Source: a virus. From it: a stretch of 64,000 nucleotides of DNA. Below, piece after piece: positions 38,212 to 46,441 of this stretch (position 1 is its first letter; each line of letters opens with the position of its first letter). A model generated the notes under the pieces. The model worked only from the letters and a program-made list of their open reading frames with translations. It was not told the DNA's origin and did no database searches. Position numbers and translations under genes: made by a program. Where the stretch lies: the IMG/VR virus record IMGVR_UViG_3300049139_000178, positions 30,962 through 94,961 of that record, one strand, 5' to 3'.

Positions 38212-39099
38212 GTGGCCGGTATCCGGGGCATAGTCGACGGGCCCGACTTCGTCGCGCTCCCGAACGCACTGTGGGACGCGGCTCAGCACCCGGCGCCGAC
38301 CGGGCCGCACTGGCAGCAGGGTGTCACCTGGACGGACTGGTGCGGCGGCGCGCAGACCACCTACGCGGACAAGTGCATCGCCGTCACCGGCACCGACGGA
38401 TCCGTACCGCCTGCACCGCCGCTGGAGCCGACGGCGAGCGGCGTGGACCGGGGCGCCACAGCGTTCACGGTGTACGCGGCGTTCGACTGCTCGCTGATCG
38501 GCCTGCCGGACGTGGACCAGGCGGTGCAGGCGCTGGACCGCAGCGAGGCCTTCCAGGTGGGCCGGGCGTTCTGGACCGGGCAGGCCGGCAACCAAGCCAC
38601 CGTCTGGCCGCACCTGGCCGCCGATACCGTTCTGGACGACCCGCAGGGCATCCGGCTCCAGACGGCCGCCGACACGGTGGTGGCGACAGCCGGCGACGCA
38701 GCCACGGTCGTCGGCCGCCTGGACGGAGCGCTCGCCGACCAGTACGGCGGGGAGGGCGTGGTCCACGTTCCCGTGGCCGCCCTGGCCACCCTGACATCCC
38801 GGGACCTTGTCCGCCAGGACGCGGGCGGGGTCCTGCGGACGCCCGGCGGGCACCGGGTCGTCGCGGCGGCCGGGTACACCGGGTCCGGCCCCGACGGCGC
38901 GGCGGCTCCTGCGGGATCTGCCTGGATCTACGCCACCGGCGCCCTGTTCGGCTACCGCAGCGATGTGGCCGTACGGGACTTCCCAGGCACGTTCGACCGG
39001 TCCAACAACACCGTCCGCAAACAGGCGTCTCGCACGTACCTGTTCGGCTGGGAGTGCGCGCACCTGGCCGCCCTCATGACTCTCGGCGTACCCACGTAA
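38212..39099 (+). CDS. second capsid protein (pentamer-type)
   Basis: FTVYA..DCS.IG, GVVHVP, LRTPGG..VV..AGY, WIYATG; directly after the major capsid gene. Confidence 0.65.
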   Translation: MAGIRGIVDGPDFVALPNALWDAAQHPAPTGPHWQQGVTWTDWCGGAQTTYADKCIAVTGTDGSVPPAPPLEPTASGVDRGATAFTVYAAFDCSLIGLPDVDQAVQALDRSEAFQVGRAFWTGQAGNQATVWPHLAADTVLDDPQGIRLQTAADTVVATAGDAATVVGRLDGALADQYGGEGVVHVPVAALATLTSRDLVRQDAGGVLRTPGGHRVVAAAGYTGSGPDGAAAPAGSAWIYATGALFGYRSDVAVRDFPGTFDRSNNTVRKQASRTYLFGWECAHLAALMTLGVPT

Positions 39100-39111
39100 G
39101 GGGTGACAGCA

Positions 39112-39807
39112 GTGGTAGCTACCGTGGCTTCGGCCGCAACCGCGATCAAGGGCACGCACGCCCGGATCGTCCGCGTGGACGCCTGCGGCAACCCGGTCAC
39201 AGGAACCGGATCCCTGGTCGTGGTGACCAAGGGCTTCGTTCAGGTGCAGATGGAACCGCAGTACGAGGACGGTGAGGAGTTCTTCGAGCGCACGGCCGAC
39301 GGCACGCCCTGCGTGAACCAGAAGGACGACCCGGTCCTCAAGCGCATGCAGTTGACCATCGACTTCTGCGAGATCAACACCACCGGCGTCGCGTACCTCG
39401 CGAGTGCGCGGGAGCTGACCGTCAACGGTGCCGGGGTAACCGGCACGGGTTTCGCCTTCGCGGAGGGCTCGCCGTCCAACCGGTACTCGCTGGAGGTCTG
39501 GCAGCGAGTGGCCGGGTCCGGGTCGTGTGACCCGTCCGGCGCGCAACGCTACATCTACAACGCGTGGCCCAACGTCGGTGCGTCCCGTATCGGCACGTAC
39601 ACCGTGGAGAACGGACGCTCCACCCTCCAGGTCCAGTCCGAAACACAGGCCGTGTCTACGACACCGGTCATCGGGTGGGGCAACGGGCCCGGGGCCACGT
39701 CGTGGCTGCCGGCCGGCGAGACAGCCCACGCAGGCGAGCACTGGCTGTGGAACATCACCACCACGGCTCCGCCCGACCCGCAGGTCAACCCGCTGACTCT
39801 GTCGTGA
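39112..39807 (+). CDS. major tail protein
   Basis: RVDACGNP, GEEF.ERTADG.PCV, SLEVW; synteny. Confidence 0.7.
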   Translation: MVATVASAATAIKGTHARIVRVDACGNPVTGTGSLVVVTKGFVQVQMEPQYEDGEEFFERTADGTPCVNQKDDPVLKRMQLTIDFCEINTTGVAYLASARELTVNGAGVTGTGFAFAEGSPSNRYSLEVWQRVAGSGSCDPSGAQRYIYNAWPNVGASRIGTYTVENGRSTLQVQSETQAVSTTPVIGWGNGPGATSWLPAGETAHAGEHWLWNITTTAPPDPQVNPLTLS

Positions 39808-40097
39808 TCCTTACGGCGGAGCAGCACTGGGTCTGCCCCAACTGCGACCACACGGAAGTCACGGCTGGGGCAGACAACCGTTTCCACACCTGTGCTGGCC
39901 TCCGGGGCCTGCTCGCTCCGATGGTCCTGGAGGGCGTGCGGGCCCGGGTGCGGGCCGTGCTCCGGGAGGACTACGTGGGAGGCGAGGACGTCCAGTACGA
40001 CGGCGAGGGCCGGCCGGTGATGTCCGTGGTGACGGAGCGGGACGACGGCCAGGACTGCACAGTCTTCGCTCCGACCGTTCGGGTTACGAGGGGATAA
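39804..40097 (+). CDS. small virion-module protein with CxxC
   Basis: WVCPNC...HTC; GTGA coupling. Confidence 0.6.
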   Translation: MILTAEQHWVCPNCDHTEVTAGADNRFHTCAGLRGLLAPMVLEGVRARVRAVLREDYVGGEDVQYDGEGRPVMSVVTERDDGQDCTVFAPTVRVTRG

Positions 40098-40101
40098 GCC
40101 G

Positions 40102-40584
40102 ATGGCGTGGACGGACAGCCGGGCCTTCCGGGAGTGGATCCGGGGCCCGATGATGCAGGCCTCCGGGACCGGCTACACCGGCTTGGACTCCGACACGCTC
40201 AAGGCAGCCCTGTTCGACAACACCGTCACCCCCGACCGTGACGCGGCCGTCGCCGACACCGGATACGGAGCCGGCACCTGGACGACTGCGCGGGAAATCA
40301 CCGGCGGGGCCAACTGGGCTGCGGGCGGCCGGATTTTGGCGTCCAAGACTTTCACCAACCCGGAACCCGGCGTGGTCATGTTCGACGCTGCCGACCTCTC
40401 CGCCGGCGGGACTCTCACGCTGTCCGACGCGTACGGCTGCCTGATCTATGACGACTCCATCACAGGCGGCACCGTCGCCGACCAGGGGGTGGCCTACCTG
40501 TACTTCGGCGGCCCGCAGTCCGTCGTCTCGGGCAGCTTCACCATCGTGTGGTCCAGCAACGGAATCATGCGGTTCGCCGCGTAG
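40102..40584 (+). CDS. virion structural protein
   Basis: LKAALF...AGG..L...FDAAD...FGG...FTI.W beta-rich pattern. Confidence 0.65.
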   Translation: MAWTDSRAFREWIRGPMMQASGTGYTGLDSDTLKAALFDNTVTPDRDAAVADTGYGAGTWTTAREITGGANWAAGGRILASKTFTNPEPGVVMFDAADLSAGGTLTLSDAYGCLIYDDSITGGTVADQGVAYLYFGGPQSVVSGSFTIVWSSNGIMRFAA

Positions 40585-40593
40585 GAGGGCATC

Positions 40594-41370
40594 GTGGCCG
40601 AGTTCGGGCCGTGCGAGGACTGGCCGGTCTACTGGACGTGCGACGTGTCCACCTACTCGCCCGAGCTGACCGGGTACGCGGTGTCCGCCGCCACGCGTGT
40701 TCTGTGGGCTCTGTCCGGGCGCCGCTTCGGGCAGTGTGAGGTGACGCTGCGACCGTGCGCCGAGGACTGCGGCGACTGGGCTGCCGTCCCGCTGTGGGAC
40801 TGGGGCTGGCGCGTCGGCTACTCGATGCCACCGTGGGATTTCTACCGCCTTCCGTACTGCGCCGGGCAGTGCTCGGTCGGCTGCTCCTGCGTGAACATCT
40901 CCACCGTCCGCATGCCCGACAACACGAGCCGCATCGTGGAGGTGAAGCTGGACGGCACGCCGATGGCCACCGGCGCCTACCGGCTGGACGGCCGCACACT
41001 GATGCGGACCGACGGTCACGCGTGGCCGCGCTGCAACAACCTCGCTCGCGACGACGACCAGCCGGGCACCTGGTCCGTGCGGGCAGTCGTCGGTGAGCCG
41101 GTGCCGGACTCCGGGCGCCTGGCAATGGGTGAGCTGGCCTGCGAGATCGCCAAGGCCGGGACCGGTGTGGACTGCCGTCTGCCGCCGGGCGTGACGCAGC
41201 TCGTGCGCCAGGGCGTCACCATCCAGTACCCCGACATGGGGCAACTGCTCAAGGACGGCCGCACCGGCCTGTACCTCGTGGATATGTTCCTCGCCGCCGA
41301 AAACCCTGACGGTCTGAAGCAGCGCGGCCGGGTGTACGACGTCGACAGGATCCTGCGGAGGCGGCTGTGA
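40594..41370 (+). CDS. head-to-tail adaptor
   Basis: LWALSGRRFG.C..TLRPC, ELACE, CRLP..VT...RQGVT. Confidence 0.75.
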   Translation: MAEFGPCEDWPVYWTCDVSTYSPELTGYAVSAATRVLWALSGRRFGQCEVTLRPCAEDCGDWAAVPLWDWGWRVGYSMPPWDFYRLPYCAGQCSVGCSCVNISTVRMPDNTSRIVEVKLDGTPMATGAYRLDGRTLMRTDGHAWPRCNNLARDDDQPGTWSVRAVVGEPVPDSGRLAMGELACEIAKAGTGVDCRLPPGVTQLVRQGVTIQYPDMGQLLKDGRTGLYLVDMFLAAENPDGLKQRGRVYDVDRILRRRL

Positions 41371-41867
41371 TCGAAGGAAAGGCGCGTTGGTACATCGTCG
41401 GGCAGAACCTCGTGGCGGCCGTGAAGGCCGGGCTCACGTCCAAGCCGAAGCGCGCCGGCCAGGTCCCTGGGGAAATCGCCTGGGACTCGTGCGACTGCGG
41501 CGGAATGCTCGCCGTCAGCATGTCGCGGGTGTACCTGTCGGAGAACTTCCCCGAGGAGTCTGAGACGGTGAGCGGCGCCTGCCAGCCGCCGTACGAAGTG
41601 GGACAGTTCACCGTGGCCGTGGTGCGCTGCGCCCCGAACCCCAACGGCGTGGAGGCAGCCCCTCCGGCAGATGAGCTGGACGCGGCGGCGGGCCTGCTGC
41701 TCCAGGACGCCACCGAGATGCTGGACGCCGTATCAGCCCTGATGTGCCGCCTGAAGAACGACGACCAGGTGCTGGACTATCTGATCACTCCGGTGGAGCC
41801 GGTCGGGCCCGAGGGCGGCTGTGTAGGCGTGAACCTGACCGCCCGCGTCTGCCTGGTGCGGAGCTGA
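41367..41867 (+). CDS. tail terminator-like protein
   Basis: PGEIAWDSC, VVRC.P, GPEGGCVG; synteny. Confidence 0.6.
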   Translation: MIEGKARWYIVGQNLVAAVKAGLTSKPKRAGQVPGEIAWDSCDCGGMLAVSMSRVYLSENFPEESETVSGACQPPYEVGQFTVAVVRCAPNPNGVEAAPPADELDAAAGLLLQDATEMLDAVSALMCRLKNDDQVLDYLITPVEPVGPEGGCVGVNLTARVCLVRS

Positions 41868-41868
41868 C

Positions 41869-42234
41869 GTGCCCGCCGCGCGCATCGAGATCCGGGCCGG
41901 CGGGGTCAACGAACTCCTCCTCGCGCCCGACTCGCCGGTGATGAAGGAACTGATCCGCAAGGCCCGCCGGGTGCAGCGCAACGCCCGGCGCATGGCCCCG
42001 GGGAAGATGGGCCGTCAGGTTCGCGCCGTGGTGGTCGGGCGGCACGTCCGCGTGGAGTCCACCCACGAGGCGACTATGTACGTGATCAAGGGGACGAGGC
42101 CTCACCAGATCAGACCCCGCACACGGCAGGTACTGCGGTTCACCACGAAGCGCGGGGTCGTGTTCGCCCGGGTGGTCAATCACCCGGGGACGAAGAAGAA
42201 CGACTTCCTGACCAAGGCCCTGCGCATGGGCTGA
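41869..42234 (+). CDS. neck protein (HK97 gp10-like)
   Basis: GTRPHQIRP...VNHPGT.KN.FL.KAL. Confidence 0.7.
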   Translation: MPAARIEIRAGGVNELLLAPDSPVMKELIRKARRVQRNARRMAPGKMGRQVRAVVVGRHVRVESTHEATMYVIKGTRPHQIRPRTRQVLRFTTKRGVVFARVVNHPGTKKNDFLTKALRMG

Positions 42235-42240
42235 CACGCT

Positions 42241-42274
42241 CCGGAACGATCATGGGGTGCTGTGGGCTTACCGT
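42241..42274 (+). promoter_or_regulatory. putative promoter CCGGAACGATCATGGG-N10-CTTACCGT
   Basis: Exact 16-mer repeat of 9101; ends 7 nt before ATG 42282, consistent with a leaderless transcript. Confidence 0.5.
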
Positions 42275-42281
42275 GCGCGCC

Positions 42282-42722
42282 ATGACGGAGAACTCGGGGA
42301 TCAAGGACTTCACCAAGAAGCGGAAGGACATCTCCTTCCGCGAGGGTGACGACATCTTCCACGCCGCGCGGGGCGTGCCTGCCGAGGTGCTGCTGGACTT
42401 CGCCACGGAGTTCTCCAGCATGGACACCTCGGCGACCATCGACCAGCAGCTCAAGGCCTTCCGCTCGATGCTGGAGGTCGTGCTGTTGCCCGACTCGCTG
42501 AAGCGGTTCAACGAGCGCATGCGCGACCGGGACAACCCCATCGAGATCGACCAGGTGGAGGACATCGTCACCTGGCTGATGGAGCAGTACGGGCTCCGCC
42601 CTACCGAACCGTCCTTGGTCTCGCCCTCTGGGCCCTCCGGCCCGGGACCTGGCATTACCTCGACGGTCAGTACACCGGCCGAGGTGTCGATATCCGCCAG
42701 CTCCCCGTCGATCGCTTCCTGA
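42282..42722 (+). CDS. tail assembly chaperone
   Basis: Two ORFs upstream of the tape measure; ...WLMEQYGLRPT. Confidence 0.75.
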   Translation: MTENSGIKDFTKKRKDISFREGDDIFHAARGVPAEVLLDFATEFSSMDTSATIDQQLKAFRSMLEVVLLPDSLKRFNERMRDRDNPIEIDQVEDIVTWLMEQYGLRPTEPSLVSPSGPSGPGPGITSTVSTPAEVSISASSPSIAS

Positions 42723-42946
42723 ACCTCGTCTACTACGAGATGAGCCAGCGGACGGAATCGCGTGAGGGCGAGCCGGAGGACGCCGCGCAGCAGCGGCTGG
42801 ACTCCGAGCTGGAGGTACGCCTGTGGCGTGTCCCGGGCCAGGCCGAGCCCGAGCCGGTGGAGATCGAGGATGGCGCCCCGTGGTGGTGGCACGGCGATGA
42901 GGACGCAAGCCAGCAGTTCCTCGCTGCACAAGGGGTGGTGTTGTAG
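42602..42946 (+). CDS. tail assembly chaperone, predicted -1 frameshift extension
   Basis: The -1 frame is open from at least 42602: YRTVLGLALW...WHYLDG...GVDI..LP.DRFLNLVY, continuing into the 42740-42946 ORF. Confidence 0.6.
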   Translation, partial: YRTVLGLALWALRPGTWHYLDGQYTGRGVDIRQLPVDRFLNLVYYEMSQRTESREGEPEDAAQQRLDSELEVRLWRVPGQAEPEPVEIEDGAPWWWHGDEDASQQFLAAQGVVL

Positions 42947-45900
42947 ATGCCCGTCGGCACGCTGATCGGAGCCGGGTTCGTCCGAATCGACGCCGACACG
43001 TCCCCCGCCATGAAGGCGGTAGAGGGGCTGGGACGGATCGGCTCGCACGCCCTCGCGAGTGCGTTCCTCCCAGTCCAGGCGGCAGTGACCGCCGGGGCCG
43101 GTGCCATGACGGCCACCCTCGCCTCCGCCGGCGCGGCGGGCGGAGCCTTCGCGGCGGCCGTGGTCCCGCAGTTCGAGAAAATCACCGAGGCCAGTCAGAA
43201 GCTGGACATCGCTGAGGAAGCCAATGAAAAGGCGGCACTCGCCAAGCGGCATGCCCAGAGTCTGGCCAAGGAGATGGGCGTCAAGTACGGCCAGCAGATC
43301 AAGATCACTGCTGGGATGTCCGCCGAGGCCAAGGAGAAGGCGCAGGCGTACAACAAGGCGCTGGGCGAGGTCACGACCGCCACCAACACCGCGCGCAAGT
43401 CGCAGGCCATCTACGACGAGAAGTTGAAGGCCATGACGCCGGCCACCCGCAAGACGGCGCTGGCGTTCGAGGATCTGAAAGACGACATCGACAAGTGGTC
43501 GGACTCCCTGTCAGGCACCACGATGCCGATCTTCACGGCCGGTATCAACAAAATCCGGGAGATCCTCCCCAAGCTGACCCCCTTCGTGAAGATCGCCGCT
43601 CGGGAGATCAAGGAATTCACGTCGTCGTTCGGCGAGGGCCAGGCGGGCCGGGTCTTCTCCGAGTTCGGCAAGAACCTCCAGGGCAACGCCGGGTCGGCCC
43701 TCGGCAACTTCCTTACCACCATCAAGAACATCACCGTCGGCGTCGTCGGCATGATCAACGCGTTCATGCCCGTGCAGAGCGACATGTCCGGCGGCATGGT
43801 CGAGCTGACGCAGCGCTTCGCCGACTTCGGCGCGAACCTCGGCAAGAGCGAGGGCTTCGCGACGTTCATGGAGCGGGCGCAGGGGGCCGTCCCGGCCATC
43901 AAGGAGTTCGCCTCGGCCCTCGGGGACATCGCTTCTGCGGCCGGGCCCCTGGGCGGGGTCGGGCTACTGATGCTCCAGCTCTTCGCCCAGATCGTGTCGG
44001 CTATCCCCACGCCGGTGCTGCGGCTGCTCGTCCCGGCCATCCTCGCCGTGAACCTGGCGCTGAAGCTGTACGCGATCTACCAGGCCGCCGCCACTGCGGC
44101 CACCTGGCTGTTCGGCACGTCCGTAGTCGCGAGCAACGGCGCCGTCGCCTCCAGCCGGGCAGCCCTGATCCTGTTCCGGATCCAGCAGGTCGCCTACGCC
44201 GTGAGCACTGCTGCGTCCACGGCGGCCACGTGGGCCTTCACTGCCGCGTCTCGGGCGGCTGCCCTGGGCATGCGGCTGTTCACGGGCGTACTGCGTGTCG
44301 CCCGTGCGGCTGTGGTGCTTACGGCGGGCGCCATGCGAGTGCTCGCCGTGGCGATGCTGACCAACCCGATCGGCCTCGTCATCACGGCCCTGGTGGCCCT
44401 CGGCGCGGCTTTCTACATCGCGTGGAAGAAGAGCGAGACCTTCCGCAACGGGGTGATGACGGCCCTGAACTGGGTGAAGGACATCGGCGTCTCGGTCGGC
44501 GGCTGGTTCGCCGGGCCCTTCGTCCGGTTCTTCACCGAGAAGATCCCCGGCGCCTTCCAGTCGCTGCTCGACTGGGTCCAATCCAAATGGGCGGCCCTGG
44601 TCAGCCTGCTGTCCCTGCCGGTGCAGACGGGTGTCAAGTACGTCCTGGAGCGGTGGGCGATCCTGCGGACCGGGCTGTCCGCCGTCTGGGACCAGATACG
44701 TTCGAACGTCTTCGCGCCGATCGGGGACTTTTTCACCAAGACCATCCCCGGCTGGGCCGGGTACGTGAGGGACTTCGCCACACGGGCTTGGAACGCGATC
44801 CTGTCCCGGCTGGTGAGCGTCTACAACGGACTGCGCGACAAGGTGTTCGCGCCGATCGGCCGGTTCTTCACCAAGACCGTCCCCGGTTGGGCAGGTACGG
44901 TGCGCGATCGCGTGGTGGGCGCCTGGAACGCGCTGCGCGACCGGCTCACCGGCGTCTACAACGCCGTGCGTTCCCGGGTGTTCTCGCCCATCGGCAACTT
45001 CTTCACCAAGACCATCCCCGGCTGGGCGGGCACGGCGCGCAACCGGGTGTCGGGCGCCTGGAACGGGCTGCGTGACCGGCTCGTCGGCGTCTACGGATCC
45101 ATCAAGTCCCGGGTGTTCTCGCCCATCGGCAACTTCTTCACCAAGACCATCCCCAACTGGGCGAAAACCCTGCGCGACCGCGTGCACAGCTACTTCCGTG
45201 CCATGCGGGACGGCATCGGCACCATCTGGAACGGCATCAAGAGCAAGACCAAGAGCCCCATCAACTGGGTGCTGGACCGGGTGTGGAACCGGGGCCTGGT
45301 CAGCATCTGGGGCAAGATCGCCGGGTGGGTCGGGTTGAAGAACAGCCTGAAGAAGATCAAGCTCCTGGCGTCCGGCGGCACGGTCGGCCGCGCCACTCCC
45401 GGCGTCTTCAACCGGCCCACGGCCATCGTCGGCGAGGGCAACCCCAGGTACCCGGAGTACGTGATCCCAACCGACCCCAAGTACGCCACGCGGGCACGGG
45501 GTCTGTGGGAGGCGGCCGGGGCGCACTTCTACGCCGAGGGCGGCATCCTCGGTTCCATCAAGGGCGCCATCGGGTCCGTGTTCGACACCGGCAAGTCCCT
45601 GAGCAAAGCAGCACTGGGCTTCCTGTCCGATCCGGTCGACAAGGCCAAGGACATGCTGCTGGGCCCGCTGAAGAACATCACGAAGTCCATCGGTTCCAGC
45701 TCGTGGGCCAAGATGGCCGCCCGGCTGCCTCGCATGGCCGTGGACGGCCTGATCAAGGCCGTGAAGTCCGTGGGGTCGGATCTGCTCGGTTTCGGCGGCG
45801 GAGGGGGCAACGTCGACATCGGCGGGTCCGGCGTCAAGCGCTGGACCGGCGTTGTGCGACAGGCTCTCGGGCTCGTCGGCCAGCCGCTGTCCCTGACGAA

Positions 45901-46441
45901 CACCACGCTCCGCAGGATGAACCAGGAGTCCGGCGGCAACCCACGCGCCGTCAACAAGTGGGACATCAACTGGCAGCGCGGCTACCCGTCGGTCGGCCTC
46001 ATGCAGGTGATCCGGCCGACCTTCCAGGCTCACGCCGGCCGGTTCCGCAAGACCGGGCCATTCATGTACGGTACATCGATCAATCCCCTTGCCAACGTGT
46101 ACGCCTCGATGCGCTATGCCTTGTCGGCGTACGGCAGCCTCTCGCGCGCCTACAACCGGCCCGGCGGATACGCGCTCGGCACGGACGGGGCAACAGGCGG
46201 CTGGCACTGGACCGGCGAGCTGGGCCCGGAGCTGATGAAGCTGCCCTCCGGGACCAAGATCCGCAGCCACCGCGCTTCCGTCCGCCAGGCCGCGAACACC
46301 GCCACGGCTGTGATCCACCTGACGGTGGAGAACCACGGAGTGATCGGCTCCCGGCAGGAAACGCTGGACTGGCTGGTGCGCTCCCTGGAGCAGCTTGACC
46401 GTCGCAACCGGCTGCCCCGGTCGATGGGAGGGGTCGCGTAA
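42947..46441 (+). CDS. tape measure protein with C-terminal lytic transglycosylase
   Basis: Ala/Gly-rich helical, TM region with NPIGLVI, Trp/Phe repeats, QESGGNP...GLMQVI (SLT). Confidence 0.92.
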   Translation: MPVGTLIGAGFVRIDADTSPAMKAVEGLGRIGSHALASAFLPVQAAVTAGAGAMTATLASAGAAGGAFAAAVVPQFEKITEASQKLDIAEEANEKAALAKRHAQSLAKEMGVKYGQQIKITAGMSAEAKEKAQAYNKALGEVTTATNTARKSQAIYDEKLKAMTPATRKTALAFEDLKDDIDKWSDSLSGTTMPIFTAGINKIREILPKLTPFVKIAAREIKEFTSSFGEGQAGRVFSEFGKNLQGNAGSALGNFLTTIKNITVGVVGMINAFMPVQSDMSGGMVELTQRFADFGANLGKSEGFATFMERAQGAVPAIKEFASALGDIASAAGPLGGVGLLMLQLFAQIVSAIPTPVLRLLVPAILAVNLALKLYAIYQAAATAATWLFGTSVVASNGAVASSRAALILFRIQQVAYAVSTAASTAATWAFTAASRAAALGMRLFTGVLRVARAAVVLTAGAMRVLAVAMLTNPIGLVITALVALGAAFYIAWKKSETFRNGVMTALNWVKDIGVSVGGWFAGPFVRFFTEKIPGAFQSLLDWVQSKWAALVSLLSLPVQTGVKYVLERWAILRTGLSAVWDQIRSNVFAPIGDFFTKTIPGWAGYVRDFATRAWNAILSRLVSVYNGLRDKVFAPIGRFFTKTVPGWAGTVRDRVVGAWNALRDRLTGVYNAVRSRVFSPIGNFFTKTIPGWAGTARNRVSGAWNGLRDRLVGVYGSIKSRVFSPIGNFFTKTIPNWAKTLRDRVHSYFRAMRDGIGTIWNGIKSKTKSPINWVLDRVWNRGLVSIWGKIAGWVGLKNSLKKIKLLASGGTVGRATPGVFNRPTAIVGEGNPRYPEYVIPTDPKYATRARGLWEAAGAHFYAEGGILGSIKGAIGSVFDTGKSLSKAALGFLSDPVDKAKDMLLGPLKNITKSIGSSSWAKMAARLPRMAVDGLIKAVKSVGSDLLGFGGGGGNVDIGGSGVKRWTGVVRQALGLVGQPLSLTNTTLRRMNQESGGNPRAVNKWDINWQRGYPSVGLMQVIRPTFQAHAGRFRKTGPFMYGTSINPLANVYASMRYALSAYGSLSRAYNRPGGYALGTDGATGGWHWTGELGPELMKLPSGTKIRSHRASVRQAANTATAVIHLTVENHGVIGSRQETLDWLVRSLEQLDRRNRLPRSMGGVA
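44711..45180 (+). repeat. four 135-bp (45-aa) tandem repeats in the tape measure gene
   Basis: F(A/S)PIG.FFTKT(I/V)P.WA units start at 44711, 44846, 44981 and 45116. Confidence 0.85.

Noticed and set aside
30980-38231. Very long minus-strand ORFs (30980-33361, 33036-36287, 36492-38231; similarly 2318-4363 and 43964-46336)
   Set aside because: Antisense shadows of well-supported plus-strand genes; typical of high-GC codon bias and lacking recognisable motifs.
44711-45180. Regularly spaced repeats resembling a CRISPR array
   Set aside because: They are in-frame 135-bp coding repeats of the tape measure protein; no unique spacers or cas genes.
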